Assembly: GCA_033442325.1 (NCBI GenBank)
Contig: JAWQFM010000026.1
Coordinates: forward strand, 1-64,000
Source of the DNA: Salpingoeca rosetta
Lineage: Eukaryota; Protista; Choanoflagellata
Direction: 5' to 3'
DNA length: 64,000 nucleotides
Shown: positions 52,901 to 64,000 of the stretch, piece by piece
How positions within the stretch are numbered: the stretch's first letter is position 1
Layout of the letters: each line of letters opens with the position of its first letter
The notes under the pieces: generated by a model
The model's input: only the letters and a program-made list of their open reading frames with translations
Told to the model about the DNA's origin: nothing
The model's database searches: none
Made by a program: the position numbers and the translations under genes

Positions 52901-53452
52901 GTGCGCTGCCTCCACCTCCATCTGGGCACCGTCACGCACGACGAGCGCCTTGGGCGGGGAGAGGTCTGCAAACAGCGACATGAGGTTGGATGTCTTGCGT
53001 TCCTGCAAGAACGACATGAAGCTGGTGACAAGCACGACCGCAAACAGGATGACGCCGAGCCAGAGGTTGAGCGGCTCCGTGGTGTCGAGGCCGTACGCGA
53101 CCCAGCTGAGGATGGCGGCGGCAAGCAGCATGAGCATAAACGGGTCCAGCAGCTGCCGCAAGAAGATGACCCACTGCGGCGTGCGCTTGGGCGGCGTGAG
53201 GACGTTGGGGCCATCCTCCTCAAGACGGTGCTGCGCCTCCTCTGTGCTCAGGCCCTGGGCACTCTTCAATGCACCGTCCTCGGAAACAACGATGCGGCTC
53301 TTGGGGAAGGAGTCTGCCACGTCGCGTATCGACTGCACATGCTCGTTGCCGGCTGTCGCTTGCTCTTCAGCGCCCTTGTTGTTGTGGCTGTTGTGGTTGT
53401 TGGTGGTGGTGGCCGGCCCGTGGCCTGCCTCCTCAAGCTTCTTGTGTTTTGT
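49934..53452 (-). CDS. Divergent type IIC-like P-type ATPase (one very large exon; 5' end uncertain)
   Basis: SSLTGES, ANVPQGLP, SDKTGTITQN, KGAPE, DPPR, MVTGDH, GDGVNDAPALK, YLLTHLMPE, SIDLGTE in an uninterrupted frame. Probable acceptor ccacag at 53453; upstream exons not resolved. Confidence 0.92.
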   Translation of the reverse strand, partial: TKHKKLEEAGHGPATTTNNHNSHNNKGAEEQATAGNEHVQSIRDVADSFPKSRIVVSEDGALKSAQGLSTEEAQHRLEEDGPNVLTPPKRTPQWVIFLRQLLDPFMLMLLAAAILSWVAYGLDTTEPLNLWLGVILFAVVLVTSFMSFLQERKTSNLMSLFADLSPPKALVVRDGAQMEVEAAHLVVGDIIVFKEGDIVPADVRILHCSALRVECSSLTGESTPIVGTVEAATPGTAAHEATCLGFSGSQCLQGSATAVVVRTGDNTMIGKIASATAAAGSTDTRLGREVTSFVRFVAVLAISMAAVFFAIGVGRQKGDNALYIFINGFLIVIVANVPQGLPATVTSLLTITARRMAANNMFVKRLAVVETLGSASVIASDKTGTITQNRMSARALWSNRVVYTDLGSHNLTAAFPTAHNDTTTLHWLSTVACVCNHATRQMTKSVSDESEYIGNPSDAALLQLTDRHYHTDLRRKQFDIVGEIPFNSRNKWQLVIGRPTDPRVRAAANVLAHDNNNNNNNNNSSSSNTGGSTATATAGATTDTTQDSTATATTTPAITATSDMDVAMLKGAPEIVLSKCDSYMMNGEVIPINADFEREFTAALERFGGKSWRVIGLCARLVPRMTHDDDDDDGEDDTELTEDNAPLEGYVLLGLCALADPPRPNVDRAVAACRTAGIKVYMVTGDHALTAAAIAREVGILTSTNGGDIDDEDEHHLNAVAHHPAADPIPGEFQPGVYMSHSVDKFTDDHWRRVLSLPGAVFARATPQQKLTIVEACQRFGEIVAVTGDGVNDAPALKQADIGIAMGIKGNAVAKEAADTLLMDDNFASIVLGVEQGRLIMDNLRKTIRYLLTHLMPEIVPVLMNLALGLPIGLTSLQILSIDLGTEMAAGISLAYEPAEPGIMKRRPRSKKKKMVNRELLTYSYLIAGGIEMVACFLAYVHVFSSHGLTLGDVFLKGDNHFRANPDPLCLSDGRCFTPAQQEEIAGQATAAWYMTLILGQAVHLWVIKSGRVSIFRTNPLNNIVAVYGAIVAVCIMLILVYVPGLQVFVGARTPEGITWVFFLIAAAGLIAYTELKLLWKKRRTRRRRRRRRMRKLRSAGTECHHHALVAGSSAEASPDSSCNTSYIGTCDEDEDDDDDDHDDDHDDNGGRVLHLDDHADSAVHEWMLAVV

Positions 53453-53548
53453 CTGTGGGATGAGGGTTGGATGGTGTGGGAACATGGGGGGGGGTTGCAA
53501 TGATGCAAAGACGCAAAGATATGGTGGTGAGCAGGACTTCCTCTGTAT

Positions 53549-53623
<75 letters not shown>

Positions 53624-55323
53624 AGGGACACCACGGGCAGGTGACACAGCAACAAGAGGTGCCGTGTCATACAATACATCACAGCAGCAGGTGAGCACAC
53701 CACTCACGACGCACCTGCAGCGCAGACGTTGCTGCGGGTGGCATGGTGGGGTTGGTGCGTTGAGTCCACGATGATGGGAGAGGCAAGGAAAATGCGTTGT
53801 GGTGGCAGAGCGTGAGCACATGAATCAAACGGAGAGATGGGGGAGAGAGAGGGAGAGACAAAGCAAGCGCCGTACATGCGCGCCTTTCTCACACACAAGC
53901 ACTCAGGCATGTGCAGGGAGGGAGACAACCGCGCATTCATTCTCCCCACACGCATGCTCGCAAAGCATCAGCACCTGTGGCGTGGGAAGAGGACGAGAGC
54001 AAACTGGCAGCACATCAGCATGCACGTGGCCGCAACGGCAGTGTGTGTGTGTGTGTGTGTTTATGTGTTTATGTGAGTGTGTGTGTGTGTGTGTGTGTTT
54101 ATGTGAGTGTGTGTGCGTGTGTGTGATTGTGGTGACAGATGGCGTTCCCAGCGCGCTTAGCACAGCAGCGGCGCTTGCTTTGCAGCCATGATCACCATGA
54201 TCATTGCTGGATTTTCCGCTTGCACACGCCTGAAGCGTCAGCAGAAGCAGACCGACATGCTGTCATGCTTTAAGCACAACAACGTCATGTCATGTGTGTG
54301 TGTGTGTGTGTGCTGATGTGACACACACGCGCCAGGGCGCTGATGCTCACCCACGTCAGTGCATGCCATGTGGGTGCTGACGCTCGCCGCAAACGCGCTT
54401 GGTGTGGCGTGGTGGTGGTGTCCGCCAAAAAAAAAAACCAACAACAATGAACGACATCACAAATTATTGAAGTCAGTTGTATTCTCCCATCGAATCAGTT
54501 GACACAATACGGACAATCAATTACAGGAAGCGGACTTGTCCGAATTCCGTTGCGTTGGGGCCTGCGCAAAACTTGTGGCTTTTTCGGTTCTTGCTTCACT
54601 GCTTGTGCGTTTTTTTGTTTGGGTTGGCTGGATTGATTGCACCAGAGCCAGCCAGCCAGTACAGACCTCGCTCGCTCACTTCACTTACCAACCGCGAACA
54701 CATTGCCAGGCTTGCTTGCCATCGTGGCCGATCCTGCACTCTGTGACAGCTAAACAAGCACAAGGTGAGCGTGAGGGTCCTCGTGCGGTGGCAGCAGCAC
54801 AATCTGTCAAGGGAGAGGGAGAGAGGGGAGAGGGAACAAAGCCCTCTCTGTTCTCTCTTCCAGCCGCGGCGCGCGCGAAAACCGTTCGGCATCGCCAATC
54901 ACCACACTCTCACGACTGTTACTTTTCACATATGTGACAAGTGATCAATCGGGCGTCTTGCACCACACACACACACACGCACACACACACGCACACACAC
55001 ACACGCACACACTGGCTGTTCTTGACTCTCAGCCTGCGTGAGTGCGCGGTCAGTTGGTTGCGCTTGGTGTACGGCAGGTTCATTTTTTCGTACGCTGCTT
55101 TCGTTCTCAACACCGCGCCACACACGCGATCACTTCCGACGACCGCTCTCACTTTCCTCGTGCTCTCACCTTCCACGCCTTGCTCTCTCGTGGCCTTGCT
55201 TCTTGTTTGGTTGTTTGGCTGGCGTGTGTTCTTGCTCTGCCGCATTTTTCCAGTTCCTTCCCCCGACTCCCCTGCCTGCCACGGCCCATTGTCCTAGCCA
55301 CACCAAACCGCAGTCCGACCGCC

Positions 55324-61358
<6,035 letters not shown>

Positions 61359-62047
61359 TGATGCCCCTGTTGTTGGCGGTGTGGGCGTGGTTGCAGGGTT
61401 GAGTGTGCTGTTGGTGTCGTTGGTGTCGTTGGTGTGTGGACTGCCGTGCGTCTGTCATCGCACACATGAACGTTATACCGTTTGCAACTCCCTCTTTTGT
61501 CTTTTTCCCACACCGTCTTGCGTATCTGCTGTTGCGTTTACTCCTTGGTTCTCCCTCTCCATACACACATGTTGCTCGTTCTTTGCGTTTCTGGTGCTCA
61601 ACGTGCGTCTTGGTGTTTTGGTTTTCGTTTACAACGGTTGGCCGTGCGTTGGGTTTGCGTGATGGCTGGCGTCAAATCACAACATCCATTGAAGAGAATG
61701 AAGCACAACCACAATGGAAGGGGGAAACAGCACTGCACGCAATGGAACAACAACAAGCAAACACAGGAACAAGGCAGAACCACAAGAAGAAGACACAAAA
61801 TGAACGAATTCCATGACCAAGAGTGTGGGCAGGCACAGATCAACGCTATATGTAATTGCCGCTCGCGTGGGCTGTTGGTGTTAACGTAAACCAACAGCAA
61901 TCACAGCAGTGGACAGGCATGCATGATCAAGAAGAAAGGGCGCGGGCGAGCAGTCGAGAGTGTGCGTGGGGGGGGGGCGTATTTTGTCATTGTTGAGTGG
62001 TGTCGTGTGTGTGGAGGTGGATGGTCGATGAGGTGAGGCGGGTGCAC

Positions 62048-62455
62048 TCAGATCTCCGGGATGGTGTGGTCCATGTACTTCTTGATGAGGGACGAGCCAA
62101 TCTTCTTGATGAGGTGGTTGTAGATGAAGGTCGGCATGATGGTCAGCGTCACCGACGGCGGGCTCTCCTTGATCACAGACACAATGCCCTGATGGGTGCA
62201 GCAGCAACAGATGAGATTGGTCGTGTGAGAAAGAGGGGAGGGTCGTGGTGATGGATGGTGAGGGAACGTCAGTTGAAGTGGAGCAGGCACACAAACAGAT
62301 GAGCACAGAGAGACAGGCAGATGTGTAGAAAGATTGGAGAAGTTACGGACATAGGCATAGACATAGACAGAGGCACAGACACGCACACACACGCGCGCAC
62401 GCACAGAGGACACACAGACACAGACATAAGACACACACACACACACGCACAGAGG

Positions 62456-62487
<32 letters not shown>

Positions 62488-63927
62488 ACACACACGCAGG
62501 ATACACACACACACACACACACGCACGCACGCACCTTGTCTGTCATGCCAACGACGTTCTGGCCGTTGACCTCGATGAGGCGGTGGTTGATGAGGAGACC
62601 GTTGCGCGCCGCAGACGAGTCCTTGACAATGTTGGAGACAGACCCGCCACGCACGGTGAAGCCGCAGTGGTTGAGCGAGTCCTTGCGGACGGTGAGGGAG
62701 CGACACCATGGGCGGTCGCGGATGGCGAGCACAACCCGCTCCTCCGGCGCACTCTTCAGCGCACGCAGCGCCTTGGAGTCGCTGAAGCCAGCCACGTTCT
62801 GGCCGTTGATCTGTTGAGGTGGTGGTGGTCGTGTTGGTGGTGTTGAGTGGAGATGGTAGCTGAGGTGAGTGGTTGAAGGACCCAAAGAAGCAGGGATGCT
62901 GGCAATAAGAAGGGGGGGGGGTTGGATGACACACTCAGTCCATGCACACACACGTACACACGTACACACGTACACACGTACATATACACACACACACGTA
63001 CACACGTACACACGTACATACACACACACACACACACAACACGCACACACACCTGGAGGATTTGGTCGCCAAAGCGGAGGCCGGCCATGGCGGCGGCGCT
63101 GTTGGACCAGACAAACGAGACAAAGACGCCCTTGTCAATGGCCTTCACCGCAATGCCAAGCTTGCCCTCCTGGCTCTTGGCCAGCACAATCTCCCGCACG
63201 CCCTGGCGGATGGTGCCGGCGACAAGGCCGCGGTCTGTCTGTGGGGTGAGCGCCGCAATGGCGTGCGAGCCGGGGAGGTCCTGACGCGGCATGACGGCGC
63301 GCTGCTCCGGAGGCGGCATGGTGGCCACCTGCATCTGGTAGTCGTGCTGCATCTGGTGCTGCACCTCGGCCGGCATCTGCGACATGATGGCCTGGGGCGA
63401 TGTGTCGATGCCGAGGTAGTCCACGCCAAGGTCCTCCATCAGGCTGGCGTAGGGGCTCTGGTAGGTTGTGGCCACGGTGGTCGTGGTGGTTGTCGCCTGT
63501 GGCGGAGGCGGGGCGCCGTAAGGCCCAGACATGGCTGACGAGTACGACGACGCCATGGACGGCGCCGACGATGAGGACGCATACGAGGGCGGCTGCTGGT
63601 ACGGCTGCTGCTGCTGTTGTGACGCGGCGGTCAGCGCAATGGCAGCACGCGCCTGCCAATGGGAAGGACGGGAAAAACACACACAAAAAGAACACAAACA
63701 CAGCAACGTTCGTGCGAGTGAGGGAATGGGGAAAAGGCAGGCAGGTGGTGACAATGCGCATGCATTGTGCGTGTGTCTGCATGTGTGAGCGAACAAGGTT
63801 CGCGTTCAGGGTTCGCGTTTGCATTTGGAAAAAACAGGAAGGACACCACGCAGCACGGCACAACTCAATATGAACATACCTCCTTGTCAACAGTCATATC
63901 CTCGAGCGTGGGGTAAAGCCCAGACAT
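62048..63927 (-). CDS. SDCBP: Syntenin (tandem-PDZ adaptor), 354 aa, 4 exons
   Basis: Exons 63927-63880, 63652-63053, 62810-62535, 62188-62048. MSGLYPTLEDMTVDK start; PDZ1 (GVREIVLAK..GKLGI..GLRFGDQILQING); PDZ2 (SSAARNGLL..EVNGQNVVG); MDHTIPEI* end. Confidence 0.95.
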
Positions 63928-64000
63928 GATTGGTTGCTCTTGCTTCCTTTTTGTGTGTGAAAGGGGAGGAACGCGGATCGATCGATCAATGGATGGATGC

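Noticed and set aside
50441-53503. Long plus-strand ORFs (547 aa, 453 aa) opposite the second ATPase
   Set aside because: Antisense shadows of GC-rich codon usage, with no motifs.
49934-53821. The full 1295-aa ORF as the true ATPase protein
   Set aside because: Its first ~120 aa run through a microsatellite-containing intron-like region. The real 5' exons are unresolved.

Overview
Intron-rich eukaryotic DNA with GC-rich exons and (GT)n/(CA)n-filled introns. The style and gene content suggest a choanoflagellate such as Salpingoeca rosetta (inference, not checked). Almost all long 'HTHT/CVCV' ORFs in the track are microsatellite artefacts, so I rebuilt genes by hand from GT-AG junctions. About 1-14.5 kb is a decayed zone: a possible LTR end, a frameshifted exostosin (GT47) pseudogene, an importin-5 fragment and unidentifiable exon remnants. 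Genes then follow in order: (1) a 14-exon, ~1420-aa LRR-ankyrin-Roc-COR-TIR-SAM protein (+); (2) a secreted Cys-repeat/coiled-coil/TNFR-like/PA14-like protein (-); (3) a Na+/K+-type P2C ATPase with an unusual TM5 lysine (-); (4) a secreted TSP1/coiled-coil protein (+); (5) an intronless secreted beta-propeller protein (+); (6) a Dictyostelium-like P2X receptor, partly in gaps (-); (7) a membrane-anchored PTPMT1-like phosphatase (+); (8) a second, divergent P2C ATPase with PQGL (-); (9) glycogen phosphorylase (+); (10) syntenin (-). The best candidate for an undescribed system is the ROCO-TIR-SAM protein. It has one-repeat-per-exon 84-nt LRR cassettes and a TIR retaining a putative catalytic Glu, and looks like an NLR/SARM-like immune receptor built on a Roc-COR switch. 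Also notable are three secreted proteins sharing a cubilin-N-like beta/coiled-coil stalk with different heads, and a consistent GT-at-donor / CA-at-acceptor polarity of intronic microsatellites. All family assignments come from remembered motifs; no searches were run.
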